Virus record (IMG/VR): IMGVR_UViG_3300044623_000381
Location: 1 to 52,155 of that record
Reading direction: 5' to 3' (one strand)
DNA from: a virus
Taxonomy: Duplodnaviria > Caudoviricetes
DNA length: 52,155 bases
Of this stretch, positions 30,101 through 40,700 are shown in pieces. The notes below the pieces were generated by a model that ran no database searches, had not been told where the DNA came from, and saw only the letters and a list, made by a program, of their open reading frames with translations. A program made the position numbers and the translations under genes. The number at the start of each line of letters is the position of its first letter. The first letter of the stretch is position 1.

Positions 30101-32309
30101 TTCACAAATTGCCGCACTTTGCACCAATGAAAGGCCGCTTCAATTTAGAACTAACATCATACTTTATGCGGGAGACATCATATCAGATGTCTCTGGAAAT
30201 TCAGCGCTTGTCACAAACGTTTTTGAAAGTGTTTCTGCTCCATATAATTATTTTGTAGACTGCACGCTTAGCACCGGATCCTTTACCTCAACCCAAACAT
30301 ACACATTTAATCTATTAAACAGCAGCGATGCTGTTATTCAGTTAACGCAGGGTGACACTTATTTTCGAATTCGTCAACTTAGGTACGGAAGCCAAGCAAA
30401 GTCATTTAATTATTTTGTAGATTATGTTGAGTCGGATACCGTAAGTGATTTTTACGAATCTAAAAACACATCTATTGGTCGTCCGTTTGCTGTACTTCCA
30501 GACGCAAAGACAATCTACAGGACTGGCTCCGTAACCTATTCTGATCCATTTATTGTTGATGTAACAAGGCTTGGGCTGTCTTCGTTTAATCCATCCCTAG
30601 CGCCTTTCTACGACCTCAACTATATCCACGGATCAATCCGATATATGGTCAACAGAGACGACAGCATAGTATTCTTGCAAGACAAGAAGTGTGGCCTGTT
30701 ACCAGTGGGACGTAACTTAATTGAGTACGTAAGCGGACAGCAAGGCGTTACCGTATCCACAAACGTTGTTGGAACACCAAGCTACTACGTAGGTGACTTT
30801 GGAGTTGGAAACAATCCAGAGTCTGTTGCCGTTGAAGGTGGACGTGTTTACTTTGCTGACATACGCAACGGAAAGGTGATGCGCATCTCACAAGATGGGC
30901 TCACCGCAATCAGTGAGACCAAGATGGACTCATTCTTTAAGGGCAACTTTAGGGATATAGTCCAGTTTGCTTCAGTAAAACGAGTAGTTGGAGGCGTTGA
31001 CGACGAGGCAGGCGAATATATTATCGCTAGCGATAGTATCTGCACATCAACAATTGCCATAACAGCAGATGGAGTTGACATAACGGCAGCGTTTGAACAG
31101 CGCTGCATAGGTGACGGTGGAACCTTTGAGGGCACAATATGCTTTGATGCTGCAATAGAAGTCCTTCTTGGCTCGTTTAGCTTCACACTGCAAACAAATT
31201 GTGCAGGCTCTGTTGTATTTGCCGAAATAGAGTACAACGACGACAAACTTCCTCAGTTTAATACAGAGGTTCGTGAGTTTCAAGATATATGCGATACGTT
31301 TGACAACAGCGTAAATGCTGTTGTTTTTTTAGACAGACTTACTGCTGGGCAGGCAATCATTGTTGGAGAAGAGTTTCAGGGCACCAACAGCACCATCTAC
31401 GGTATTGCGACCAACTCTACGTATGATTTCTTTGTCGGTATATCTATAGACCTTTCTGCTGGAACGTTTACCTTTATAAACACCTGCGGAAACTACAATG
31501 GAGCAATATCTAATGTTGGCACTACAGACACAGGTTTCACCGTAGCCTACGATACCGAAGACAAGGTGTGGAACACTAGGTACTCCTACTCACCAGAGAG
31601 GATTGCTACTCTAGACGATACGCTCTACACATTTAAGGCAGGGACGATGTACGTCCACGACGATACATCCAACAGGTCTACATACTACGGCGTTGCGGGA
31701 GGTACTATTGTGGAGGTGATAAGCAACAACAACCCATCTATGGTTAAGTCCTACGAGTCGTTAAGCCTTGAGGGCACTGATGCTTGGGCTACTGTAATCA
31801 CAAACACAGATCAGTCTACGTCAATCCTTACTACCGACTTCAGCGAGAGAGAGCGTGAGTTCTTTGCCTACGTTCCAAGAGACACTAGCGCAAACGTTGG
31901 AACTAGCACCATCACCTCGCTAAGCGGAAGCTCTGAGGTTTTTGTTCTCGGAAACGTAGCCACAAGTGGAGTTTCCGGGTCAACCATTACGTTCACCACT
32001 CCTGTGGGAGATGTGCCATTCCCTTTCGGAGGCACACTCTACAAGGTTAGCGGTTCGACCCTTGTAACCCTTGGGGTAACTGTTACTGCAATCAGCGCTA
32101 ACAAGCAGATTACTGCAAGTGGCGCTATAGCTGGCGTAAGTGACGGAAACACAATAGTGGTCCTTGCTAACGCTGGAGTCGAGGGAGACCAACTGCGAGA
32201 CTACTACGCACGCATCAACCTAACAAACACCGATACATCTGAAATTGAATTGTATGCCGTCAATGCAGTGTTCGCCCAAAGTAATCTACACAACCAACAG
32301 GGACAATAA
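27192..32309 (+). CDS. tail stabilisation (nozzle/muzzle-like) protein
   Basis: LNKDDDARL..DALNVRV N-terminus; FKSG..H.LGIVFYDDRGR; GVGNNPES; crAss-like gene order. Confidence 0.75.
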   Translation: MIEKLIPRYLNKDDDARLIKSIEMTDALNVRVSSEENGDGGVVKNAFGNSAVVFRSGNNWQGLPHALPAPTNKVVGSVSDLKNGVIIYFLYNSNGDHSIYRFTTSQNNVELVYRDSVLAFQSDSFVKGDVINNLYNEVLLYFTDGITPPKKINVTRAIIGGYSEVITNGTDEQKLEFITLAKKPPLDPPTYEFFTDTTVDDNNIYEDNFQFAYQYVYLDGEYSALSKYTDLAVAQNQYLDGFIEEDQKNEYNAIRISVESSIADVKTIKVLGRRGNTGPWFIAGEISNPALASPATLYIEFRNDKLYRFISQDDANKIYDAVPLTAQSQTISGSRLFLGNYTEGYPNLRIDSAIIPNYEKEAQVINIPVETIGQTVTPNFMGPVKEIRADISSIPAGGVTADSILIIDFSIDLGRVELYAPGYFFNFVSLNENLLKVYGGALIESFVYTSAFPVSIYKKQFVPAGTSYNDIIVLIQAEIEDRYAILFGTDTTNLGLASRFSAAVVPNNAGRQDQKFFNNYGFFTGSGTLEIDSTGVSGNYANFVLSIRDTTMSMQFLCGAVSSNPNIQDSINIFETDNVVYNGDDNQYTKYLGILDIISTTVVQPEPNSTTGVFSSNSKFSSVLTSSSFLSSFIEGVKQFKSGASHELGIVFYDDRGRSSGVQTLSSPYVEWYSDRQYKGAVSIVMRIKSQGPSWARKWAPVYAKRGSIDRFIQYSVIDGFIASNPDADISTIYSNQNSIYLSMRSLEGKDSSYINGKDANLSYEYTDGDKLRVVSYIDDSTITLTISSVVGNIEVGDVLLGFGLQGFFFFTITSINLVGGVGTIQGTSTLPIGSMPSASAIFNPDPTNSVQVNYTAISESEQKIYPSISYFNVLGYSNFTDDPDTNPVLNRSNDDTIFNSTGQFLVLENNDGAIGFNAQSIAQGTSVWGNRCIVEIYRTRKEQSEEVYYEIGESYNVTNGFLSSDRNIVSQIAALCTNERPLQFRTNIILYAGDIISDVSGNSALVTNVFESVSAPYNYFVDCTLSTGSFTSTQTYTFNLLNSSDAVIQLTQGDTYFRIRQLRYGSQAKSFNYFVDYVESDTVSDFYESKNTSIGRPFAVLPDAKTIYRTGSVTYSDPFIVDVTRLGLSSFNPSLAPFYDLNYIHGSIRYMVNRDDSIVFLQDKKCGLLPVGRNLIEYVSGQQGVTVSTNVVGTPSYYVGDFGVGNNPESVAVEGGRVYFADIRNGKVMRISQDGLTAISETKMDSFFKGNFRDIVQFASVKRVVGGVDDEAGEYIIASDSICTSTIAITADGVDITAAFEQRCIGDGGTFEGTICFDAAIEVLLGSFSFTLQTNCAGSVVFAEIEYNDDKLPQFNTEVREFQDICDTFDNSVNAVVFLDRLTAGQAIIVGEEFQGTNSTIYGIATNSTYDFFVGISIDLSAGTFTFINTCGNYNGAISNVGTTDTGFTVAYDTEDKVWNTRYSYSPERIATLDDTLYTFKAGTMYVHDDTSNRSTYYGVAGGTIVEVISNNNPSMVKSYESLSLEGTDAWATVITNTDQSTSILTTDFSEREREFFAYVPRDTSANVGTSTITSLSGSSEVFVLGNVATSGVSGSTITFTTPVGDVPFPFGGTLYKVSGSTLVTLGVTVTAISANKQITASGAIAGVSDGNTIVVLANAGVEGDQLRDYYARINLTNTDTSEIELYAVNAVFAQSNLHNQQGQ

Positions 32310-32325
32310 TTAGTACCTTTGCAAT

Positions 32326-33297
32326 ATGCGATCAAAGAAGAGTAAAGAACCAAAAAAATATATAGCGGGAGGACTTGTTCTAGCTGGAGCATTAGGCGCA
32401 GCGCAAACAGGACTTGGTGCATACCAAATGATTCAAGGACAGCAGGCTGCTAAACGAATTAAGGAGGCTTCAACAGCTCGTCCTTCTGAATACGCAGAGA
32501 TGCTAAAGCAGGCTCGTAATGCGGAGCTAGAGCAAAGACGCCTTGAGGAACTTAACCGCTCTATAGCTACAGGAATCGCTGCTGCCCAAGGGGCTGGTGG
32601 TCGTGCTGTTGTCGGAGCGTTGCCAGGTATGATTCGTGCGTCAGATGCTGGCGCCTTGGATATCTTAGGTCAGCGTCAGGCTCAGACTATGCAGGCCCTT
32701 GGCTTTGCGGCGCAGGGCTCTGAGCGAGAGATTGGACGTAAGATAAATCGTGAAATGATGGAGCGTCAAGCTGCTCAGGCCGCCATTGAGGGCGGCCTCC
32801 AGAACATCGCAGGTGGTGTAGGTCAGATTGGATCTGCAGGTGTATATGGCGCTCAATTGGCGTCTAAAAAGCCCGCTAAAGCTGGTGCTGAATCAGTACT
32901 TAGTGCAGAAGATATAGCTAGAACTGAAACCGTTGCCTCTTTAAGAGGAGCGGAAGGCGAACGTGCTGTTCTTGCTCAAGGATTTGACAATATGCAAGAG
33001 GAGGAGATGTTTCCGTTGATTCCAGAATCAGCAGAAAGTAGAGCCGCTAAGATATTAGGACTTACAGAATATCCAGACATCTTAAAAGATCGCTCGTTTT
33101 ACAAAAAAGACGGAGGTATGGTAACAGGCGGTAAGTTTGACCATAAGACCAACCCAATCGACATCGTAAAGAAAGGTCAGAAGATTGGCGAGATGACAGG
33201 CGGAGAGGTTATCCTAAACCCAGCCCAACAGCAAAAGCTCAGCAAAGAAAGTGCTTACTTTCGTCAGCTGTTAAAGAAATTCAATAAGCAAAAGTAA
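32326..33297 (+). CDS. internal virion/ejection protein 1
   Basis: A/G/Q-rich helical protein with a hydrophobic N-terminal segment; DGGMV...H...GEMTGGEVILN; promoter TACCTTTG at 32314-32321. Confidence 0.6.
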   Translation: MRSKKSKEPKKYIAGGLVLAGALGAAQTGLGAYQMIQGQQAAKRIKEASTARPSEYAEMLKQARNAELEQRRLEELNRSIATGIAAAQGAGGRAVVGALPGMIRASDAGALDILGQRQAQTMQALGFAAQGSEREIGRKINREMMERQAAQAAIEGGLQNIAGGVGQIGSAGVYGAQLASKKPAKAGAESVLSAEDIARTETVASLRGAEGERAVLAQGFDNMQEEEMFPLIPESAESRAAKILGLTEYPDILKDRSFYKKDGGMVTGGKFDHKTNPIDIVKKGQKIGEMTGGEVILNPAQQQKLSKESAYFRQLLKKFNKQK

Positions 33298-34709
33298 TGG
33301 CTAAACTTATCCCAAGTGGCGTAATTCAGCTGCCAAACTTTGCGGAGCTTCAGTACAATCTCAATGAGCGTGAGCGCCAGAAGCAGCTTCAGTTCGACGA
33401 TTGGTCATCTCAGTTTACGAAGAAGTCAGGAACATATCTTGATGGAGATAGAGAGGCTGTTCAGACAGCCTATGGCGCGGTAGAGAACTCACTTAAAGAG
33501 CTTGCTAGGGACCCAGATAATATAGACCTACGACGTAAGGTTCGTGAGGCTAATGCTGGATACAACGAGATAGCAGGAACAGCACAATATCTTGCAGACA
33601 ACTACCGACAGCAGTGGTCTGCATACAATACCAAGCCAGATCAGTTTGACTTGGGTGGGAGAAATGCTTCGGAATTATTTGATGCCGAGCGTACCACTAA
33701 ACGTGACGCAAATCAAATTATGTCGCTTGCTGCCAATCCTTTTACCTTGCTTCCAAGGTATAACTATGATATGCAGAGCCCTAATCAGATTGCTGATGAA
33801 ATGGCTTCAACGTTTGAACGCAATAAGAATGATTACATCAAGCGTGACGGAACTATTGATCAAGAAAAAGCTGGAAAGTGGGCAGCGGAATATCTTCTTG
33901 CCCGAAACATTGACCCGGCACAGTTAAAAAATGCCGTTGTATTTGAGGGGGTGTCTCAAGGTAAGCTTGGACGTAACGGTCAAATCACAAGCAGAGCAGA
34001 CCTAGACATCATTGATTCAGAAGGATTTGCTCCTCTAAAAGAAGGATTAGTTGCAGACTACAACAACAAAGCCATTAATGCTTTCTTAAAGAAAATTCCT
34101 GAGCGTGGAATTTCAGCGTACGATAAGGCTGTCAATGATCAGAAGATTGCAATTGAAATCGCTAAGCTTAATCAAAAGGCAACTGAAAATCAGCGTAAAA
34201 ATAAGTATTTTGGAATTGAGCCAGCTGCTTACGTTCAGCGAGTAGGAGAGAACATTTTATCTACTGGATATATGATTCCCATTCGAACTGCCAAAATCCC
34301 AACAGTTGGTGGTGAAATCTCAGCATTTGGAAAACTTAATGGAAAGCCAAGTATAATCGTTGAGGTTAGAGAGAAAAGAATAGGTGCTGATGGAGTAGAA
34401 TTCGTGGCCGTAAGAGAGGTTGGTAGAGAAGCAAAACCAAGCGATCTTTCAACACTAAGAAAAGCCACTGAAGGATTGTCAGATAGCTATTTTAATGCCC
34501 TACCATCATCACAGATTAAACCTCGCGCTACTGCAATGCAGTCTGCAGCGTCTGGAAGACTTGATATAAATGGAGCTTCCGAAGCTCTAGGTCTACAAGA
34601 GACACAGGCGCCACAAGGTGGAGAGGTTTGGTCTTCTGAAATGTTTGGAGAAAGTCAATTCTCTAAACCTAGAATACCTACCATCCCAGGCATCACCATT
34701 ATCGACTAG
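33297..34709 (+). CDS. internal virion/ejection protein 2
   Basis: TAATG coupling; helical; lies between the other two ejection genes. Confidence 0.55.
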   Translation: MAKLIPSGVIQLPNFAELQYNLNERERQKQLQFDDWSSQFTKKSGTYLDGDREAVQTAYGAVENSLKELARDPDNIDLRRKVREANAGYNEIAGTAQYLADNYRQQWSAYNTKPDQFDLGGRNASELFDAERTTKRDANQIMSLAANPFTLLPRYNYDMQSPNQIADEMASTFERNKNDYIKRDGTIDQEKAGKWAAEYLLARNIDPAQLKNAVVFEGVSQGKLGRNGQITSRADLDIIDSEGFAPLKEGLVADYNNKAINAFLKKIPERGISAYDKAVNDQKIAIEIAKLNQKATENQRKNKYFGIEPAAYVQRVGENILSTGYMIPIRTAKIPTVGGEISAFGKLNGKPSIIVEVREKRIGADGVEFVAVREVGREAKPSDLSTLRKATEGLSDSYFNALPSSQIKPRATAMQSAASGRLDINGASEALGLQETQAPQGGEVWSSEMFGESQFSKPRIPTIPGITIID

Positions 34710-34732
34710 AAGTAATTAGTATCTTTGTCATA

Positions 34733-37700
34733 ATGAACGAAGAGCTACAATCTTTAATCGATCGCGCAATGGCCGCAGGTCGTAGTCCCGGGCAAATTAT
34801 TTCAGCCTTAAAGCAGAATGGTCTTGACGATGGCGGAATAATGTCTGCAGATTCCTATATTAAAAAAAAAAGTCCAAGCGATTTAAAGGGATCAAGTTCT
34901 CTATCGGATCTACGACCATCTGTATCGGAATCATTAGGTAGCGAGCGAGTACAGATAGGCTTTGATGAAGCTGCTATACAGCAGAAGAAAAAGGCTATCT
35001 CAGATGATGCTGCCGCACAGGTATACACTGCTGTAGTTAAGACTAAAGGTGACCTAAACAAGATTGAAGACAAGCAGGCTTTTGCCAATGCCTACACCAC
35101 ATATCGCTCTATGTCCGACGACCCTATGGTGTCGTCGCTTCCTCAGAATCCAGTAGCTCAAAATGGGCAGATAGACTTTGCTGTTGTCCCTGCATTGAAG
35201 AAGGGTGCCACTGAATACATCAACGACTTAATCAAGCAAGAAGAGGCTCGAAAAGCCAAGCTTGGAGAGAAGATTACAGTACCGATATTAAGCGAAGCAG
35301 CAGCTGGTGCAAATGCGCTTATTGGTGGTGTCTTAAAGTTCAATGAAATGATTACTGGAAGGGACAGCGAGCTTGCTGATTTCTTTCTAAATGATGCATC
35401 AACTAGAGGTCGTGATGCTCTTATTGATTATGGCCTTACCGAAGAAGACATTAGTAAGGGTCTTATTGGCAATATATCAGAAGGGAATATAGGTACTGGT
35501 TTAGCTATATTTGGCTCTACTTTGGTTCAACAGTTACCTCAGCTTGCTGCTGTTGCTCTGACTGGTGGTGCTGGACTTCCACTGCTCGCTGCATCTGCAG
35601 CTGGTAGCGGTTATGCCTCATTCGAAGATCGATCTGATTTAAGCGAAGGAGAGAAAGTGCTTTACGGCATTGGTGTTGGAGCTGCTGAATATTTAGCAGA
35701 ACGGTTATTTCTTGGTGACATAAACGCAATCCGAAAGGCGCTTGGCAAAGAAGGTATAGAGGGCCTTACTAAAAAAGAGCTGGGCGATGTGATGTTTGGC
35801 GCACTACCTAAAGGAGTGCGTGGAGTAATGGAAGAAGGAACAGAAGAACTTCTTACCAGTGTAGCCCAGCAGACTCTCGGAAAGATTATTGCAGGCGAGG
35901 AGTTTAACCCTATTGAGATTGCAGAAAGTGCAATCTATGGTGGAACTCTTGGTGGCAGCATTTATTTATTGAGTCGTGGCAGTGGTGCTATTGTAGATCC
36001 AGAAAATGAAGCTAAGATTCAGGACTTAAAAAAAGATCTGAATAAAACACAACAGGCAAAAAGCCGACCAGACATTGCCGAGGAAGAAAGAGAAATACTG
36101 TCTAGAAAAGAACAAGAGACTCGTCAGGCGATTAATGATTTTAAAGCGAAGGATGATGATTTAGTTGCTCGTATGAGCGAAGAAGATCGCGTGGCGCTAA
36201 AGAGTATTCAAGACGAAATTAGTTCAATCAGAAGAAAAAATACTATTGTAAAGACAGAAGAGGGTAAACAGCAACTCAAAAAAGAGTCTCTTGCCGCCAT
36301 TCAAAAGTTAAACAATCTAAAGACTAAATATGATACTCAAGAAGAAGCAGGGATACCAAGTCCTATCGTCGAAGGGGAAGCCCCTATCGAAGTCCAACCT
36401 ATCGAAGGAGCAAGCCAAGAAACGCCTCAAGCAGGTGGAGTTTTTCAAGTACCTGTCGAAGAAGGGGCTGAAGCCACAGCCCAAACAGAAGTAATAGCCC
36501 CAATACAGGCAACAGTATTTGCTGCTCCGTTCTACGACACTAAAGTCAATAACATTCAGGAGGCTAGGGCTATTCGTCAGAGCGAGCCATACATTAATAA
36601 TCTAGACACAGTACGTAATGCGTCTGCATTATTTAACCTAGAGATTGAGAACATAGACGAATCCATTGGAGGATTCGTTAACGAAGCTGGAGATAAAATT
36701 GTAGAGATATCAAATATCATTAGAGTCAAGGGAACTCCCGAAGACGTACAGAACTACGCCGCGTTTCTAGCCACTTCATCGCCAGAAACTCAGGAGGCAA
36801 CTATTGCCGCTACTTATGTCGAGCCCGACAGTGAAACCCACAACATTGATGAGTTAACTATCAGTGTATCAGATGTTGACGGAGCCATTGAAGCGCTCAA
36901 GGAAAACGATATTTACGACTTTACAATCAACGACTCCAACAACACCATTACATTTTTAGATTTTTCTAAGGGTGCTGATGGTGATTTTATGGATAATGTT
37001 GGTAAATTTGCTAAATCTTTAGAACGAAAAAACATTAGTTATGAAAAAAGAGACATCCGAGCCATCGACTCAAAATATATCGGACCGAGAGAAAGGGAGG
37101 GAATTTTTAGCGGGATTCAAGAAACTCTCGTACAACAGGGACAGACTGGGACAGAGCTTTATAAGCAAGTCGAACAAGCGATAGCTAGAAACCAAGAGTT
37201 TCTAGCTAAGACGTCAGCCCCAATATCTGAGGCTATAGTAGCTGAAGAGATTACTGAACAAGCTGTAGAACAAGAGCCTATAAAGAATAAGAAAGGCTTA
37301 AGCAGTGAGCAGGTAAATGAAGCTGTATCTGGTGCTGAAAGACTAGCTAAACGGCTAGGTCTTCCTACTAAGATAATAGTACACAACAGCAGAAAGGAAT
37401 TTAATGACGCTATGGACGAGGTGTCTAAGAGCGGATCTGTTGACGCTGGTGTTGAGTCGGGTAGGTTTATCCCGTCTGCTAATGAGATACACCTGAACCT
37501 CGAGGATATGACCTCAGAGGTTCCTTTCCACGAGGTGTTCCACGCAGCCTTTGTAAACAGGTTTGGCAAGAGAGGACAAAAGGTTCGTGAGAAAGTAGCT
37601 ACCGACTTTTACAATGGCATCGTTAGGATTCTACGTAGCGGAAGCGAGCAGGATCAATTGCTTGCTGATGCTGTTGAATCATTCACTAGGTCTGGGTACT

Positions 37701-40700
37701 ACACCGCTGAAGAGAAGCCAGAGGAGTTCTTAGCTCAAACAGCTGGATTTCTATCTACTAGTGGCGATAAGATCAGCAAGTCTACGATGGACAAGCTCAT
37801 CCAGTGGCTTAACAACTTCATTGCTAAGATTGCTCCAGGCGTTAAGGTTAATACTCGTGGTGAGTTTATTGACTTTATGAACTCGTTTTCTGGTGCGTTG
37901 TTTTACTCTCAAGCAGAGCAGACAAACGCTATTGATAAGCTTGGTGAGATGGAGGACGGGACTATTCCGTTGACAGAATCTCCAATTGACGTATCCCCAG
38001 AACAGCTAAAAGATTCTTCTAGTCGTAAAGCAAACTATATCAATACGTACATATCAAATAAGTACATCGTAGATCCAGAGAAAGTATTCGAAGACTTCCG
38101 TAAGGAAAACGGCCGAGACCCAAAGGTTTGGATTTGGATGAGTGACCAACTTAAGCGTGGTGAATACTTTAATCCAAAAAGTGGAGTACGTATGAGTCTT
38201 GAAGGCGGAATCGGATTCGCTTTTGATGCCGAAAATCAAAAGAAAAATATCGTGTGGGCATCTGGTCTTTCCGATAAGACCCTCACCGAACGCACCAAAG
38301 ATGCGGACTTCATTTGGTTTATGTCTGGCAGTCCCAAGTCAAGTTTTAACTTCTCAAAGGGAACTACTAAAGTATTCTTTGCCGAGATTGAAGCTGGTAT
38401 GCAAAATGTAAAAGGTCAGACCATTGAAGGAGTTGAAATAAAGGACGGGTCATTCGATGAGTTTATTGCTGTTGTTAATGCAATCTATGATGCAAACACT
38501 GGTAAAAACTGGGTAAATGCGGATAAGTGGACCAACGTTCGTAAATACTTAAACGACGGTAAGAAGGGCCTTATTGATAAGCCTATTCGTAAGTTTGTCG
38601 TAGAGAATATGATGCACGAAGGCGAGGGTAAGTCTATGCAGATTCCTGTACAAAAGTTCCTTCACGAGACTCTTGGAGTTCCACAGAAAGATGTGTTCCA
38701 TTCTTTGCTTCGTGACGAGGCATTAGTAAAAAATAATGTTCGCAACGGAGACCTTACACTTATTGTTAAGCCTACTGGAATCATTCGTGGATCTAACGTT
38801 CACGACACGTACCCAACAGCTATTACTGGTAAGATTGTAGGTGTGCCAAATAAGATTTATAGCGTACTTGATGTTGTACCAGAAGAAGCAAAAACCGTAA
38901 TATCAACGCAGACTGGATTACCGATTCCAAATGCTTCACCAACCACACAGATTAAGACTGCTGTTGGTGATGTGGGGCGTATTTACAAATCGATAGAGCT
39001 TCAAACAAAGGAGGCCAACAAAGTATATGACAACATACTTAAGGAGTCTAGTTCTAAGTCTTTCCAAGAGCTTTCAGAAGCTAGTAAAGCTGGTTTGCTT
39101 ATACACGCAACAAAAGGTTCATTTGATACATTTGATCCGCAGAGAATATACGGAGGAGCACGATCCCTATATGGATACGGATTCTACTTTACATCAAGAG
39201 CAAGTAAGGCGTTAGACTATGGGAGCAAATTTATTTTTACGCCATTAAATAAATATAACTTCCTTGACATTGATGCAAAAGCAAACAATGATTTTGCGAA
39301 CGAACTTAAGTCATTGGCTGAAGCTCGGATTTTAAAACTTCAGGGCCTATTTAAAGGCATTGAATTAATACCAAAATCATTAAAGACTCCACTAGATAAC
39401 GCATTAAAAATAAGTTCTACCATATCTGGTGATTCTAAATATGGCAAGTATTCTATTGATGACTTGCGTAAGTTTTTAGATAACGATTACATTCTTAGTT
39501 TCACAGATTTTTCTGAAGCTATGCTATCTGTTGGTTATGATGGATTCCAAACTGATGACTTTTATGAGGCTGTAATCTTCAACTTTGGAAAGCTGAACGA
39601 CAACCTTGTTAAGGACGAAGCTGACTACTTAAAAGAGTCATCTTCTCGTGATGTTCGTGAGGAAATACTAGATAAAGAACAGCTATCATTTAAGCAGAGG
39701 GCTGTTAATACAGCTAAGACTTTTGTTTGGAGCGATACTCAGAAGCAAATTCGGGTATTTAAAGAGCGTATGAGTTCTCAGATAGCTGAGGAAGGTATTC
39801 AGATTACAAAGTTTACAAAAAGTCTTAATAAACTTCTTAAAAAAGCAGATGTTCAGACTCTTGACTTAGTAGGTGACATATTTGATGGAACACTTACTCC
39901 AGAGAATCAAAGAATACTAGAGTCTAAGCCCAATGGAAGTCTGATATTCGGACAGGCAAATGCAATGCGTAACTACATTGATTCGTTTGCCGAGGAGTTC
40001 GTAAACAGCCCAGAGTTTCACGCGATGCCAGAGGAAACTGTTAACACAATTGTTGACAACTTTGGTCAATATATGCGTGGTAGTTATAGATTCTGGAAGG
40101 ATAAGAACTTCAAGCCGTCAAATGCTGCACGTCGTGAAGCAATCGCTTACGAGTATGAGATATTACGCGCAAAGAGCATTGGACAACTTACAAAGTTGTC
40201 TGGTCTAACCGAGAGTGAGGCTGACGATTTCTTTGAACTGCTTCACGATGAAACACTTGCTCAAGCAACAAAGGTAATAGACGACTACATTGCCGACATT
40301 GAAAAGATTCGCAACGGAAGCGACTTTAAGAAGCTTGGAATCGTAAGTCCTTCTGGCATAAAGCTGCCAAGCGAACAGTTCTTACGCCGTAAAGAATTAC
40401 CTGAGACAATTCAAAATTTGCTAGGTAAGGAGCGTGACCCAATTATTCGATTTATTGACACGACAATTGCTCTATCAAACATCAAGTACAAGGGCCATAT
40501 GCTCTACGCGATAAGCGAATCACTTGGCGGAACCCAGTTCATCAAGAACGAGGTGACGGACGCTGAGAAGTCAACTGGTGAATACAAAGAGGTAAAGGAT
40601 AAGTTCTCGCCCCTTAATGGTCGATTCGTTCACCGTGATGTGTATGAGGCAATCACAAATCAAAACATCTATGAATCCGATAACATATGGATGAGTGGAT

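Noticed and set aside
36971-36988. GADGDF in the giant protein as a virion RNA polymerase catalytic motif
   Set aside because: It lacks the first Asp of DxDGD/DxDxD, and no other RNAP motifs were seen.
39027-39215. 62-aa +1-frame ORF over the ART-like domain as a third nested gene
   Set aside because: It overlaps a constrained catalytic region rather than a linker and has no recognisable pattern; probably chance.
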